From positions 1,120,001 to 1,184,000 of the forward strand of contig OY759746.1 of the NCBI GenBank assembly GCA_963662795.1: a stretch of 64,000 bases of DNA. Direction: 5' to 3'. The DNA is from Spirochaetia bacterium. Lineage in GTDB: Bacteria > Spirochaetota > Spirochaetia > CADAEX01. The notes under the pieces are model-generated. The model ran no database searches. It was not told where the DNA came from and was given only the letters and a program-made list of their open reading frames with translations. Shown here in pieces: positions 39,021 through 49,329 of the stretch. The translations under genes and the position numbers were made by a program. Within the stretch, counting starts at the first letter, position 1. Every line of letters starts with the position of its first letter.

Positions 39021-39641
39021 TTATGCCCCCGCCTTTCCCTTGACCCCTTCATTCAGCAATGATGAAATTCTGGGGTTCAAATACTCTGAAAGTACTTCTG
39101 ATATTCCTTCAGCTGAAAAATTGTGGTACGCGGAACCGTCTTTCACTGAAACAAGAAAACCTGCATCAAGGTTTTTGGAAGCTTTTACTTCAAATCCTTT
39201 TTTTATCTGGTCTGCAAGTTTTGTTCTGAGAACATTTTCAACATTCCTGTAATCTTTTTCCGAAAGAAGCACCTGAAGGTTATCAGTGCCGTTTTTCCAT
39301 GAACCGATAAGCTTGACAATTGTTTCAGCAAGGACTTTTTCATCCATTGCAGCAGTAACTTCTTTTTTAATAATAATATTAAAAAGATCTGTTATTTTTG
39401 TCTGAAGATTTAAAACAAGGTCTCTTCCTGCCTGTTTTAAAGCTTCCCGGCCTGACTGTTCGGATTTTACTGCCTCTTCTTTTGCTCCGGCAATTATCCT
39501 GGATGCTTCTTTTTTGGCTTTTGCAACAATTTCTTCAGCTTTTGCTTCAGCATCTTTTACAATGCCGGCCGCTTTGACTTCGGCATCTTTTACGCCGTCA
39601 ATTTTGATTTTTTCAATTAGTTCCTTAAGTTGGACTTCCAT
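39021..39641 (-). CDS. atpE: V/A-type ATP synthase subunit E
   Basis: LKELIEKIK.DGV, coiled coil and YLNP. Confidence 0.88.
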   Translation of the reverse strand: MEVQLKELIEKIKIDGVKDAEVKAAGIVKDAEAKAEEIVAKAKKEASRIIAGAKEEAVKSEQSGREALKQAGRDLVLNLQTKITDLFNIIIKKEVTAAMDEKVLAETIVKLIGSWKNGTDNLQVLLSEKDYRNVENVLRTKLADQIKKGFEVKASKNLDAGFLVSVKDGSAYHNFSAEGISEVLSEYLNPRISSLLNEGVKGKAGA

Positions 39642-39825
39642 AACATTCCTCGCACAGAGTGGTTATTTACTGCTTTATTCTTATTGAGAGGCCATAAAAT
39701 GTCAAGTAAAGATATAATTATTTAGTAATCAAATTTAATTATTAGCAAAAAAAACAAAATATATTACAAAAACATCTTTTGTTCATATTATTTTAACAAT
39801 ATACGTTATTTTAAATAAACCCTTT

Positions 39826-40785
39826 TTAAAGCACATATGCCATCCCTCCAAGGTAAAAAACAATGGAAAATAACGGCAGGACTGATATTTTCCAGACCTT
39901 TGCAAGCTTACTCTGCGACAGTGAAAGCAGCAGCAGAGAGAGGAGAATAAGCTGCATCAATGAAAAAACAACAAGGCTGCTGTCATTATTGAAGACAGAC
40001 ATTCTGCTTCTTGAGAATATTTCAGCAACAGCAAGGACAAACATGTTGAAAATATTGCTACCGAGGATATTGCCGATCCCCATTTCGCTGCTTCCAATTA
40101 TTATTGATGAAACTGTAACTGCAAGCTCAGGCAGTGAAGTAGACCAGGCCAGGAACAGGGCCCCTGAAGCTGTGGCTCCGAAGCTGGTCACCCTGCTGAT
40201 TTTATCAACTACAACTGAAAGGTAATAACTTGAGCCGACAAGTACTGTCAGAAGAAATATAAGTCCGGCATAGAAACCCGGCGAAAGCTTTTCCTTTTCT
40301 TTCTTTTCAGTATTTGCCTTACTTGTTTTGTGAAGTTCAAAAATGCTTAGAAAAAAAACTGCAACAATCAGATAACTGTAAATCGAAAGTCCGAAAACAG
40401 AAGGCTTTCCGGAGAAAAGTACCGCAGCCGTGAAAATTGATGTGGAAGAAAAACAGAAAGAAACAGAAACAAGGCTTTCATCGTCAAGATGGTTCCCTTT
40501 CTTCCTTAGGGATACGGTAAATAAAAGCGATGCAAAAAGTATAAACAGATTAGCGTTATTGCTTCCTATTATATTTCCTGATCCGAGAAGCGGATTGTCA
40601 AGCAGAACAGTTGAAGAGAGGGTTGATACAAGTTCCGGAATTGATGTCGCAAAACCCAGCAGTATGAATCCGATCAGCCCTTTCCCGATATTCAGCGCTT
40701 CCGCGAGCGTGTCTGCCCTGTCAGAAAGGAGGTATCCGAAAACAATTACAAGTAACGACACAATTGAAAATTCCACCCAGACCAT
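39826..40785 (-). CDS. Sodium:calcium antiporter (CaCA family)
   Basis: Two alpha-repeats: ATSIPE...GNIIGSN and STSLPE...GNILGSNIFN. Confidence 0.88.
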   Translation of the reverse strand: MVWVEFSIVSLLVIVFGYLLSDRADTLAEALNIGKGLIGFILLGFATSIPELVSTLSSTVLLDNPLLGSGNIIGSNNANLFILFASLLFTVSLRKKGNHLDDESLVSVSFCFSSTSIFTAAVLFSGKPSVFGLSIYSYLIVAVFFLSIFELHKTSKANTEKKEKEKLSPGFYAGLIFLLTVLVGSSYYLSVVVDKISRVTSFGATASGALFLAWSTSLPELAVTVSSIIIGSSEMGIGNILGSNIFNMFVLAVAEIFSRSRMSVFNNDSSLVVFSLMQLILLSLLLLSLSQSKLAKVWKISVLPLFSIVFYLGGMAYVL

Positions 40786-40819
40786 TTTAACCCTGCCTTT
40801 TAAATCATTTTAATGTGAA

Positions 40820-40895
40820 CTGTCTGACTCCGGAAAAACACTGAAGACATGATAGAGCCTTCAAAAATCCCTGCTCTGAAGCCGGAGTCAGACAG
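40820..40895. repeat. 14-bp perfect inverted repeat with 48-nt spacer
   Basis: CTGTCTGACTCCGG...CCGGAGTCAGACAG. Confidence 0.8.
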
Positions 40896-40921
40896 AAGGA
40901 CGCTTTCCGCAATGCCCTTTT

Positions 40922-41806
40922 TTAAAAACTCCTGCTCCTTCGTGTATATATGAAAATTTTTTCAAATACAAGAGAACAGGAAAAAGTAAGTATAAAATAC
41001 AGTAAAGTAATGACAATCCATATTTCGAATGTAAGATATGTTGAGGCCATTATTTCAAGACCCTGAAAAGTAAGCTCCTGGACCGATATTACAGATACTA
41101 TTGCAGAATCCTTTATGGTAGAAATAAACTGACCCGCAAGGGGCGGGAGAATGTATCTGATTGCCTGCGGCAGAACAATATACCTGAGTATCGCTGTTCT
41201 TTTCATGCCAAGCGCTTTTCCGGCTTCCCACTGTCCTTTGCCTACGGAGCTGATGCCCGCCCTGACAATTTCTGTAATGTATGCCCCTTCATAAATACCC
41301 ATTGCTATTACTGCGGAAATAAACACAGGGAACCGGGACGGATTTGTAAAAAGGAATGAAAGGATATTTTTAACGCTGTCCGGAGAATTGTATACAAGGC
41401 GGTCAATACCTGTTAACTCTATGATAAAGCTTCCCAAAAAATAGTAGAAGATAAAAACCAGAACAATGGGCGGTATATTTCTGATCAGCTGGATATAAAA
41501 TATCCCCGCAAGCCTTGAAGCAAGGCCTCCTCCGCTTCTGATTATTCCCATAAATATGCCTATTACCAGGGCAGTTATGGTCGACCAGATACCAAGTTTT
41601 ATGGTTATCAGGAAACCCCTTATTATCAGGCCGGGAACAGCCTTACCTGTTGCGTCATCTACCCTGATTATATACTGGCATATTAAATCCCATCTCCACC
41701 TGTAGTTAAGGCCGATTTTTATTCTGTAAAAAATAAATACTGTCAGCAGTAGAATTACTGCTGACAGTACAAAATCAAGTATAGTAAGGCGGGGCTTGCT
41801 TTCCAA
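40922..41806 (-). CDS. Polar amino acid ABC transporter permease
   Basis: IRNIP, AYITEIVRAGI...GQWEAG.ALGM and KDSA. Confidence 0.92.
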   Translation of the reverse strand: MESKPRLTILDFVLSAVILLLTVFIFYRIKIGLNYRWRWDLICQYIIRVDDATGKAVPGLIIRGFLITIKLGIWSTITALVIGIFMGIIRSGGGLASRLAGIFYIQLIRNIPPIVLVFIFYYFLGSFIIELTGIDRLVYNSPDSVKNILSFLFTNPSRFPVFISAVIAMGIYEGAYITEIVRAGISSVGKGQWEAGKALGMKRTAILRYIVLPQAIRYILPPLAGQFISTIKDSAIVSVISVQELTFQGLEIMASTYLTFEIWIVITLLYFILTFSCSLVFEKIFIYTRRSRSF

Positions 41807-41824
41807 TCGTATATTCCTGCAGAA

Positions 41825-42646
41825 TTATTCTATCTGCGAAGCCCATTCCCTGGTGTTGAACCAGTAATACTTTCTCTCTTTAAGCCAGCCTTCAGATTCA
41901 ACAACCGTTATCCAGTTGTTAAAAAAGTTAAGTGTGTCAACATCCCCTTTTCTAAGCGCAAAACCAATCGGCTCCCTTGTAAAATTCTCTTCAAATGGCA
42001 TATACAGGCTGTCGGGGTTTTTTAAAGCCTGGTATGCAGGGAGCGGGGAAGAAGCTACTACAGCATGAGCCTTCTTGTTTAAAAGCTCCTGGACAGCCTG
42101 TGATTCATCATCAAACAGCTTGAGTTCAGCCATGGGGAGCAGTTTTTTTACAGCATCTGCGGCAGTAGTGCCGATTCTTGCGGCAATGACAAAATCCTTC
42201 CTGTTGAAATCTTCCAGTGTCTTAAGGCCTCCGGCAATGCTTTTATTTGCGACTATGGACATACCTGTATAATCATAGGGAATGGAAAAGTTAACCTTCA
42301 GATTCCTTTCCGGCCTTATTCCCATGCCGCCGATAATTACATCAAACTTTCCGGTAAGAAGCGCCGGGATTATCCCTGACCATTTGGTGGGAACAAACTC
42401 AACCTTGACCTTCATATCTTCAGCGAGGCGCCTCGCCACATCAATTTCAAATCCGATAAGCTCACCGGTTTTATCCTGCATAGCCCATGGCATAAAAGTC
42501 GACATACCTACCCTGAGGACTCCTCTCTTTTGAATTTCATCGATAAGACTGCTGTTCGTCCCTGATGCTGCCTTTTCGCTGTTACCGCATGAAAACAAAA
42601 GTATGGCAAAAACAGCAATAACCATGAAAATACTTGTTTTTCTCAT
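41825..42646 (-). CDS. Polar amino acid ABC transporter substrate-binding lipoprotein
   Basis: Lipobox LFSC, GFEIDVA and WSGIIPALLTGKFD. Confidence 0.92.
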   Translation of the reverse strand: MRKTSIFMVIAVFAILLFSCGNSEKAASGTNSSLIDEIQKRGVLRVGMSTFMPWAMQDKTGELIGFEIDVARRLAEDMKVKVEFVPTKWSGIIPALLTGKFDVIIGGMGIRPERNLKVNFSIPYDYTGMSIVANKSIAGGLKTLEDFNRKDFVIAARIGTTAADAVKKLLPMAELKLFDDESQAVQELLNKKAHAVVASSPLPAYQALKNPDSLYMPFEENFTREPIGFALRKGDVDTLNFFNNWITVVESEGWLKERKYYWFNTREWASQIE

Positions 42647-42746
42647 TTTTCCTCCAGACTTTTTTCATTTGAATTGTTCATAACAAACAAATACTGTGTA
42701 AATTCTTGTTTAAGTATACTATCAAATGAATATATATAAAAATTTT

Positions 42747-43571
42747 TCACTGATTTTTCTTGCCGATTACATATTTCTTTTCAACAATTGAAACTATCCA
42801 GCTTAAAAGTCCTGTAACGGCAAGATAGATAAGAGCCACGGAAAACCATATCTCAAATGATAAAAATGTATCTGCAACAATTTCCTGCCCCCTCATGGTC
42901 AGATCGTATATGGCAATTGTGCTTACAAGTGAAGAATCCTTGACCAGTGAAACCGACTGGCTGACAAGCATGGGAAGCATATGCCTTATAGCCTGGGGAA
43001 AGATAATTTTTGTATAAATTGCTCCCTGTCCCATTCCAAGACTCAAAGCCGCTTCCCACTGCCCTCTGGGAACAGACATGATCCCTGCTCTTATTATTTC
43101 CGAAGTATATGCGCCTTCAAACAGGCTCAGGGCAACCACTGCCGAGGTAAAGGCAGAAATGGTGAATATCGGCGATATTACAAAATATATAAAAAAAAGC
43201 TGGATAAGAAGCGGGGTATTTCTGACTGATTCAAGATACACTCTTGCAACAACTCTTGCGAGAACTGAATCCGAAAGGCGGAAAAGAGCGGTGACAAGGC
43301 CGGCAGTAAATGCAAAAAAAAGACTTACTGCCGATATTTCCAGAGTTACAGCAAGTCCTTTAAGCAAAGCCCCGGGAATTATTTTTCCTTCAGTAAAGCT
43401 GAAAATATACTTTGGAACCCGGTACCACTGCCAGTTATAATCGAGACTATTGGTCCCTGATATAATAAGCAGAAGGGTAAAAACAGCAAAAGAAAGAAAT
43501 TTAACAAGATCCTTTTTTCTGTGATCAAGGGCTGAATATTTTTTAAAATAATTTACCGGTTTTAATTGCAT
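42747..43571 (-). CDS. Polar amino acid ABC transporter permease
   Basis: RNTPLLIQ, AYTSEIIRAGI and KDSSL; start placed at MQLKP. Confidence 0.9.
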   Translation of the reverse strand: MQLKPVNYFKKYSALDHRKKDLVKFLSFAVFTLLLIISGTNSLDYNWQWYRVPKYIFSFTEGKIIPGALLKGLAVTLEISAVSLFFAFTAGLVTALFRLSDSVLARVVARVYLESVRNTPLLIQLFFIYFVISPIFTISAFTSAVVALSLFEGAYTSEIIRAGIMSVPRGQWEAALSLGMGQGAIYTKIIFPQAIRHMLPMLVSQSVSLVKDSSLVSTIAIYDLTMRGQEIVADTFLSFEIWFSVALIYLAVTGLLSWIVSIVEKKYVIGKKNQ

Positions 43572-43640
43572 ATAAATATTAACTCTCAATATAGTAATAA
43601 TTTTAATCTCACTTGACAATATAAGTATTTTTAATATATC

Positions 43641-43666
43641 CTATCTGTGAATTATTTCACAGATAG
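43641..43666. promoter_or_regulatory. Rex operator
   Basis: CTATCTGTGAA-TTAT-TTCACAGATAG, matching TGTGAA-N4-TTCACA, immediately upstream of rex. Confidence 0.8.
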
Positions 43667-43685
43667 TACAGATAATCAGGACTAA

Positions 43686-44399
43686 ATGGGAAAAAACATA
43701 CCTGTTCCAGCAATTGAAAGGCTGTCAAAAATCTATACTGTAGTCTCAGGTCTCAAAAAATCCAGTAAAAAAAGAATTTCATCTGCAGAACTTGAATCCT
43801 TAACAGGAATTCAGGCCCACAGCATCAGAAAGGACCTCAGTCTGCTTTCTCCTGTAAAAAGCGGCAAAGAGGGATACAGCAGAGACAGCCTTGAAGAACT
43901 TATCAGCGCTACATTCGGGTTTAACAGAAAAAGAAAGATATGTGTAGCAGGCCTTGATATGCTTGGCATGGCAATCCTGAACAATCCGGATTCAGCATTA
44001 TCAGGATTTGAAATTGCAGCAGGATTTGACAACAGTATAAACAGAATGGAAATGATCACTACAAAAGTTCCTCTTTATCATTTTTATGAAATTGAGGAAA
44101 CAGTGAGGCGGCTTGAAATAGAGTTTGCGATACTTGCGGTAGATGCTGAAGGTGCGCAGAAAACAGCGGACAGGCTTACCGCAGGAGGAATCAGGGGAAT
44201 ACTTAATTTTTCTCCTGTCATTCTTGAGCCTAGACTTAATCTGCTTGTAAGAAATATATATCTGCTTGAAGAACTCAGGCTCTTATCTGCGCTGCTTGCG
44301 CAGGATTTTACCCCGCTTGCGCAGGATTTTATCCGCCCACACGGGGGGCAGGCAGAGGCACCGTCACTTGATACGGGGAATTCAGAACAATATAAATAA
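43686..44399 (+). CDS. rex: Redox-sensing transcriptional repressor Rex (divergent)
   Basis: IERL, ISSAEL, IRKDLS, GY, AGFD, AQKTAD and GILNFSP. Confidence 0.85.
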   Translation: MGKNIPVPAIERLSKIYTVVSGLKKSSKKRISSAELESLTGIQAHSIRKDLSLLSPVKSGKEGYSRDSLEELISATFGFNRKRKICVAGLDMLGMAILNNPDSALSGFEIAAGFDNSINRMEMITTKVPLYHFYEIEETVRRLEIEFAILAVDAEGAQKTADRLTAGGIRGILNFSPVILEPRLNLLVRNIYLLEELRLLSALLAQDFTPLAQDFIRPHGGQAEAPSLDTGNSEQYK

Positions 44400-44426
44400 A
44401 TTTTTCTGTTTAAGGAGAGTAAGAAC

Positions 44427-45500
44427 ATGGAAAGAGTATTTAATTTCGCAGCCGGTCCGTCGATGCTGCCGATGGAAGCGCTGAAAAAAGCACAGTCCGA
44501 ACTGCTCAATTACAAGGGCACAGGGATGTCGGTGATGGAAATGAGTCACAGGTCAGCCGCATTCGAGGCAATCATCAATGAAGCTGAAAGCCTGATCAGG
44601 GAACTTATGGGAATACCTGAGAATTACACGGTAATGTTCCTGCAGGGAGGTGCATCCACGCAGTTTGCAATGGTTCCACTGAATCTGTACAGGAAAAAAA
44701 AGGCTGATTACATTATTACAGGGACCTGGGCAGACAAGGCAGCTTCCGAAGCTTCAAAATACGGTGAAGCCAGAAGAGTCGCATCCTCAAAGGATAAAAA
44801 CTACTCATATATCCCAAAAAATGTAAAATTCAATCCTGATTCTGATTATGTCCATATAACACTGAATAACACTATCTACGGGACGAGGTACACCAAACTC
44901 CCGGATACGGGAAACATTCCTCTTGTCGTTGACAATTCTTCCAATATTCTTTCTGAAAAGCTCGATGTGTCAAAGATCGGCCTTATCTACGCGGGTGCCC
45001 AGAAAAACCTTGCCCCGGCTGGAATTACACTTGTTATCGCGAGAAACGATTTAATCGGGGAAAGTCTTGATATCACTCCCACAATGCTACAATACAAAAC
45101 ACACGCGGAAAGCAAGTCGCTTTACAATACACCTCCCTGCTATACAATTTATATGCTCAAACTGGTGCTTGAATGGGTAAAACAGGAGGGAGGAATAAAC
45201 AGTATTGAGGCAAGAAATATTGAAAAATCATCCTTACTTTACAATTTTCTTGACAACTCAAGTCTTTTCAAGGGAACAGTAGTCAAGGAAGACAGATCGC
45301 TTATGAATGTTCCCTTTATCCTGCCGAATGATGATCTTAATAAAAAATTCATAGAAGAAGCAAAAAAGCTCGGATTTGTTGAGCTGAAGGGGCACAGGTC
45401 TGTCGGAGGCATGAGGGCAAGCATCTATAACGCGATGCCGCTTGAGGGTGTAAAAAAACTTGTTGAATTCATGAAAAAATTTGAAAAGGAAAACGGTTAA
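44427..45500 (+). CDS. serC: Phosphoserine aminotransferase
   Basis: NFAAGPS, EMSHRS, GAQKN, YNTPP and GHRSVGGMRASIYNA. Confidence 0.96.
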   Translation: MERVFNFAAGPSMLPMEALKKAQSELLNYKGTGMSVMEMSHRSAAFEAIINEAESLIRELMGIPENYTVMFLQGGASTQFAMVPLNLYRKKKADYIITGTWADKAASEASKYGEARRVASSKDKNYSYIPKNVKFNPDSDYVHITLNNTIYGTRYTKLPDTGNIPLVVDNSSNILSEKLDVSKIGLIYAGAQKNLAPAGITLVIARNDLIGESLDITPTMLQYKTHAESKSLYNTPPCYTIYMLKLVLEWVKQEGGINSIEARNIEKSSLLYNFLDNSSLFKGTVVKEDRSLMNVPFILPNDDLNKKFIEEAKKLGFVELKGHRSVGGMRASIYNAMPLEGVKKLVEFMKKFEKENG

Positions 45501-45506
45501 CAATTA

Positions 45507-46679
45507 ATGCTTAAAATTCAGACATTAAATAAAATTTCTGCAGCAGGGCTTGATCTTCTGCCTCGCGGGGAATATGAGACAGCTTCGGAAATGACAAATC
45601 CCGATGCGATAATACTCAGAAGTTTTAAAATGCACGACATGGAGATTCCTGCATCTGTCCTTGCAATCGCAAGGGCAGGAGCAGGCGTAAATAATATTCC
45701 TGTTGACCAATGCACTGAAAGGGGCATTGTTGTATTCAACACGCCCGGCGCGAACGCAAACAGCGTAAAGGAAATAGTACTCGCATCACTTATAATTGCA
45801 TCAAGAAACATTACAGACGCAATAATCTGGGCTAAATCGTTTGCAGACAGCAGTGAAGAAGTTGCAAAACAGATCGAAAAAGGGAAATCGCTGTTCAGCG
45901 GAAAAGAAATACGGGGTAAAAAACTCGGCGTTATCGGATTAGGCGCTATAGGCGTAATGGTTGCAAATGACGCAGTATCGCTTGGGATGAGTGTAACAGG
46001 GTTTGACCCGTTTATTTCAATTGAATCAGCATGGGGCCTTTCAAGCAGCGTAAAAAAAGGAATCAGCCTTGACAGCGTAATTGCGGATTCAGACTTCCTT
46101 ACTCTGCATATGCCGCTTAATGACAGCACTAAAGGGCTTCTCGGAAGGGAAAAATTCAAGATCATGAAAAAAGGGATTAAAATACTTAACTTTGCGCGGG
46201 GCGGTCTTGTAAACAATGCAGATCTCAGGGAAGCGCTCCTTGACGGCAGGGTTTCAGGTTATATAACCGATTTTCCTGATGAGGATTTACTGAAAACTGA
46301 AAAAGTAACATGCATACCGCACCTTGGAGCATCAACAGAAGAAGCTGAGGATAATTGCGCGGTAATGGCAGTAAAACAGCTTAAGGATTTTCTGGAAACA
46401 GGGAATATAAAGAATTCTGTCAATTTTCCTGACTGCAAAATGGAATTCAGCGGTGCAACAAGGCTTTTGATAACCAACAAAAATATCCCCAACATCATCG
46501 CTCAGGTCTCAACAACACTTGCCGCGGGCGGTATAAATATTTCCGAATATTTCAATAAACATAAAGACGGTTATGCGTATAATATTGTTGATACTGACTC
46601 AGAAGTTCAGGATGAACTGATTGAAAATCTTAAGACAATTGACGGGATTATTTCAGTCAGAAAAATCAATATACATTGA
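45507..46679 (+). CDS. serA: D-3-phosphoglycerate dehydrogenase with ACT domain
   Basis: ARAGAGVNNI, GVIGLGAIG, NFARG and PHLGAST. Confidence 0.92.
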   Translation: MLKIQTLNKISAAGLDLLPRGEYETASEMTNPDAIILRSFKMHDMEIPASVLAIARAGAGVNNIPVDQCTERGIVVFNTPGANANSVKEIVLASLIIASRNITDAIIWAKSFADSSEEVAKQIEKGKSLFSGKEIRGKKLGVIGLGAIGVMVANDAVSLGMSVTGFDPFISIESAWGLSSSVKKGISLDSVIADSDFLTLHMPLNDSTKGLLGREKFKIMKKGIKILNFARGGLVNNADLREALLDGRVSGYITDFPDEDLLKTEKVTCIPHLGASTEEAEDNCAVMAVKQLKDFLETGNIKNSVNFPDCKMEFSGATRLLITNKNIPNIIAQVSTTLAAGGINISEYFNKHKDGYAYNIVDTDSEVQDELIENLKTIDGIISVRKINIH

Positions 46680-46718
46680 TTCTGATATGTTCTTATCCCT
46701 GATTTCAATGTCAAATAC

Positions 46719-46750
46719 AAAGGCAGCCGGGTTCGGTTGCCTTTTATTTT
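46719..46750 (+). terminator. Terminator after serA
   Basis: AAAGGCAGCCG...CGGTTGCCTTTT. Confidence 0.8.
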
Positions 46751-46854
46751 TCAGTATGCTAATTTTCAATATAATGACTTCATTATATTAAACTCCATAT
46801 TTTAATATACGCTATATGGATGAGGCAATTTCAAAAAACGGAGGATTTTTATTA

Positions 46855-47901
46855 ATGAACAACAGATCAATTGCAAAAGGGGTACTGCCGATTATGCTGC
46901 TTTCCATCACTTTATTCAGCATGTCTGCCGAAAGCGGATTTGCCGAATCTTACCAGAACCAGCCCGACGGGCTTTATGCTGAACTTGACACAACAAGAGG
47001 GAAAATCTTACTCTCCCTTGAATTTGAAAAAACACCCATGACAGTCGCAAACTTCACAGGCCTTGCTGAAGGCAAAATAGACGGCGGTAAAGGGAAAAAT
47101 AAACCTTTCTATGACGGGCTTAAATTCCACAGGGTAATTGACAATTTTATGATCCAGGGAGGATGTCCCCTCGGAACCGGCACCGGTAACCCCGGCTATT
47201 CATTTCCTGATGAATTTGACAAAACCTTAAGGCACTCAGGCCCCGGAATACTGTCAATGGCAAACAGCGGCCCCGGAACAAACGGGAGCCAGTTTTTCAT
47301 AACCCACACAGCAACCCCGTGGCTTGATGACAAACATACAGTATTCGGAAGAGTTGTAGACGGTCAGAAAACAGTGGATGCAATAAAACAGGGCGATAAA
47401 ATAAACTCGGTAAAAATACTAAGAAAAGGTAAAAAAGCTGAAGCTTTTAAAAATGATCAGCAGGCTTTTTCTGAACTTGTAAAAAACAACAGGGAAAACC
47501 AGAACAGAAAAGCGGTTCAGCAGCTTGAAAATGACAAAGCGCTTGTAGCAAAAAAATGGCCTTCTGCCAAAAAAACAGCAAGCGGTCTTATGTATATTGT
47601 AGAAAGGGAAGGGACCGGGAGCACATCACCGGTTATGGGCAGCCCTGTTGTTACCCATTACAGGGGAACGCTTCTTGACGGAAAGGTTTTTGACAGCTCA
47701 TACGACAGGGGCCAGCCTCTGCAGTTTTCTGTAGGGCAGGTTATACAGGGCTGGAATGAAGCGCTCATGAGCATGAAAAAAGGGGAAAAAAGGACCCTTA
47801 TTATTCCGCCCGACCTTGCATACGGAAGCGCCGGAGCAGGAGGGGTTATACCTCCCAACGCCTGGCTTGTTTTTGAAGTGGAACTTATTGATTTCAAGTA
47901 A
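46855..47901 (+). CDS. Dual cyclophilin-FKBP peptidyl-prolyl isomerase
   Basis: Cyclophilin motifs ([25 protein letters not shown]) plus FKBP motifs (FDSSYDR, VIQGW, LAYG, IPPNA); signal-like N-terminus; SD GGAGG. Confidence 0.92.
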   Translation: MNNRSIAKGVLPIMLLSITLFSMSAESGFAESYQNQPDGLYAELDTTRGKILLSLEFEKTPMTVANFTGLAEGKIDGGKGKNKPFYDGLKFHRVIDNFMIQGGCPLGTGTGNPGYSFPDEFDKTLRHSGPGILSMANSGPGTNGSQFFITHTATPWLDDKHTVFGRVVDGQKTVDAIKQGDKINSVKILRKGKKAEAFKNDQQAFSELVKNNRENQNRKAVQQLENDKALVAKKWPSAKKTASGLMYIVEREGTGSTSPVMGSPVVTHYRGTLLDGKVFDSSYDRGQPLQFSVGQVIQGWNEALMSMKKGEKRTLIIPPDLAYGSAGAGGVIPPNAWLVFEVELIDFK

Positions 47902-47913
47902 ATCATTTACAGA

Positions 47914-49329
47914 ATGAAAAAAGAAAAATCGAGATTTATATGCGATAACTGCGGGCATGTGGAATTCAAATGGGCGGGAAGATGTCCCGCATGCCTCGCA
48001 TGGAACAGTTTTACGGAAAATTCCGCACCCGCATCAGGGACAAAGAAGACACGAAGCAGCAGTAAACTGAAAAACCCTGTATCGCTTGCCGATATAGGCG
48101 TTTCTGCCGGCAGCATGATGCGGGAAGACAGCGGAATGGATGAAATCAACAGGGTTTTAGGCGGCGGCATCACTGCCGGCAGCGTTGTCCTTATAGGAGG
48201 CGAGCCGGGAATTGGAAAATCAACAATAATGATGCAGCTTGCAAGCGTCCTTTCCGCGAAAAAAAAGGTCCTTTACATATCAGGCGAAGAATCCCAGGCC
48301 CAGATCAAACTCCGGGCGGATAGACTGATGATCAGCGCAAATCCTGATCTTGCTTTTTTCTTTGCTACAGATCTCGACTCGGTAACCGGGGCAATCAGCA
48401 AATTCAATCCTTCATCAATAATTATCGACTCTGTGCAGACCCTGTTCTCTCCTGAGGCGGGTTCTGTACCCGGGACAGTCAGCCAGCTGAAATACTGCTG
48501 CCAGGAACTGATTGATATTGTAAAATCGGGTGAAAATTCACTTTTTCTCATCGCCCACGTGACCAAGGAAGGGATAATTGCCGGACCCAAAACAATCGAA
48601 CACATGGTGGATACTGTCCTTTATTTTGAGCATTCTGAAAATGACATGAGGATATTGCGTGCAGTCAAAAACAGGTTCGGCTCTGTCGATGAACTCGGGC
48701 TTTTCAGGATGGGAGGGGCAGGGCTTAAGCAGATAACATCACCTGAAAACGCTTTTATGTCTTCCAGGGAAGGGGAAAATCCCCCCGGCATCTGCATAGC
48801 GGCAGTTCATGAGGGATCAAGGGTTTTCCTTGTTGAAATCCAGTCTCTTACAGTCCCCGCGAAAGGGGGAATATCAAGAGTTTTCTCAGACCGTATAGAC
48901 AGCTCGCGGATATCAAGAATCGCGGCAGTGCTTGAAAAACACACAGGACTCAGGTTCTCTGATCAGGATATCTATGTAAATGTGGCAGGGGGGATGAGAA
49001 TTAAGGAAGTTGGAGTCGACCTTGCCGCAGCACTTGCCCTGTATTCAGCGAGAACAGGGATACCGCTTCCGTCAAAAACTGCCGCGGCAGGAGAGTTAAG
49101 CCTTACAGGTGAAATACGGCCGGTTCCGTTCACTAAGAAAAGGATTAAAGCGGCAGTCACCTGTGGAATAAGTAATTTTTACAGTACGGCTGCAAACGGT
49201 GCGCACTGTAAATCTCCAGACAGGTCAGAAACTGTCCCGCGCAGCTTTAAGGAAGCAGACAATATAAATCAGATAATAAAATCCGTATTCAGCAAAAAGC
49301 ATCCGCCCTCCCCGGCCAAACCCCTTTAG
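47914..49329 (+). CDS. radA: DNA repair protein RadA/Sms
   Basis: Zn finger, GEPGIGKS, KNRFG and Lon-like C-terminus. Confidence 0.96.
   Translation: MKKEKSRFICDNCGHVEFKWAGRCPACLAWNSFTENSAPASGTKKTRSSSKLKNPVSLADIGVSAGSMMREDSGMDEINRVLGGGITAGSVVLIGGEPGIGKSTIMMQLASVLSAKKKVLYISGEESQAQIKLRADRLMISANPDLAFFFATDLDSVTGAISKFNPSSIIIDSVQTLFSPEAGSVPGTVSQLKYCCQELIDIVKSGENSLFLIAHVTKEGIIAGPKTIEHMVDTVLYFEHSENDMRILRAVKNRFGSVDELGLFRMGGAGLKQITSPENAFMSSREGENPPGICIAAVHEGSRVFLVEIQSLTVPAKGGISRVFSDRIDSSRISRIAAVLEKHTGLRFSDQDIYVNVAGGMRIKEVGVDLAAALALYSARTGIPLPSKTAAAGELSLTGEIRPVPFTKKRIKAAVTCGISNFYSTAANGAHCKSPDRSETVPRSFKEADNINQIIKSVFSKKHPPSPAKPL

Noticed and set aside
32313-39641. V-ATPase operon lacking separate F and G/H subunits
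   Set aside because: E-DUF2764-A-B-D-I-K is the usual arrangement in spirochetes, Chlamydiae and Bacteroidetes.
45518-46216. 232-aa antisense ORF over serA
   Set aside because: Shadow frame of a conserved gene, with no SD or recognisable motifs.
46855-47901. Cyclophilin-FKBP fusion as a novelty
   Set aside because: Dual-family immunophilins are already known in spirochetes and Bacteroidetes.
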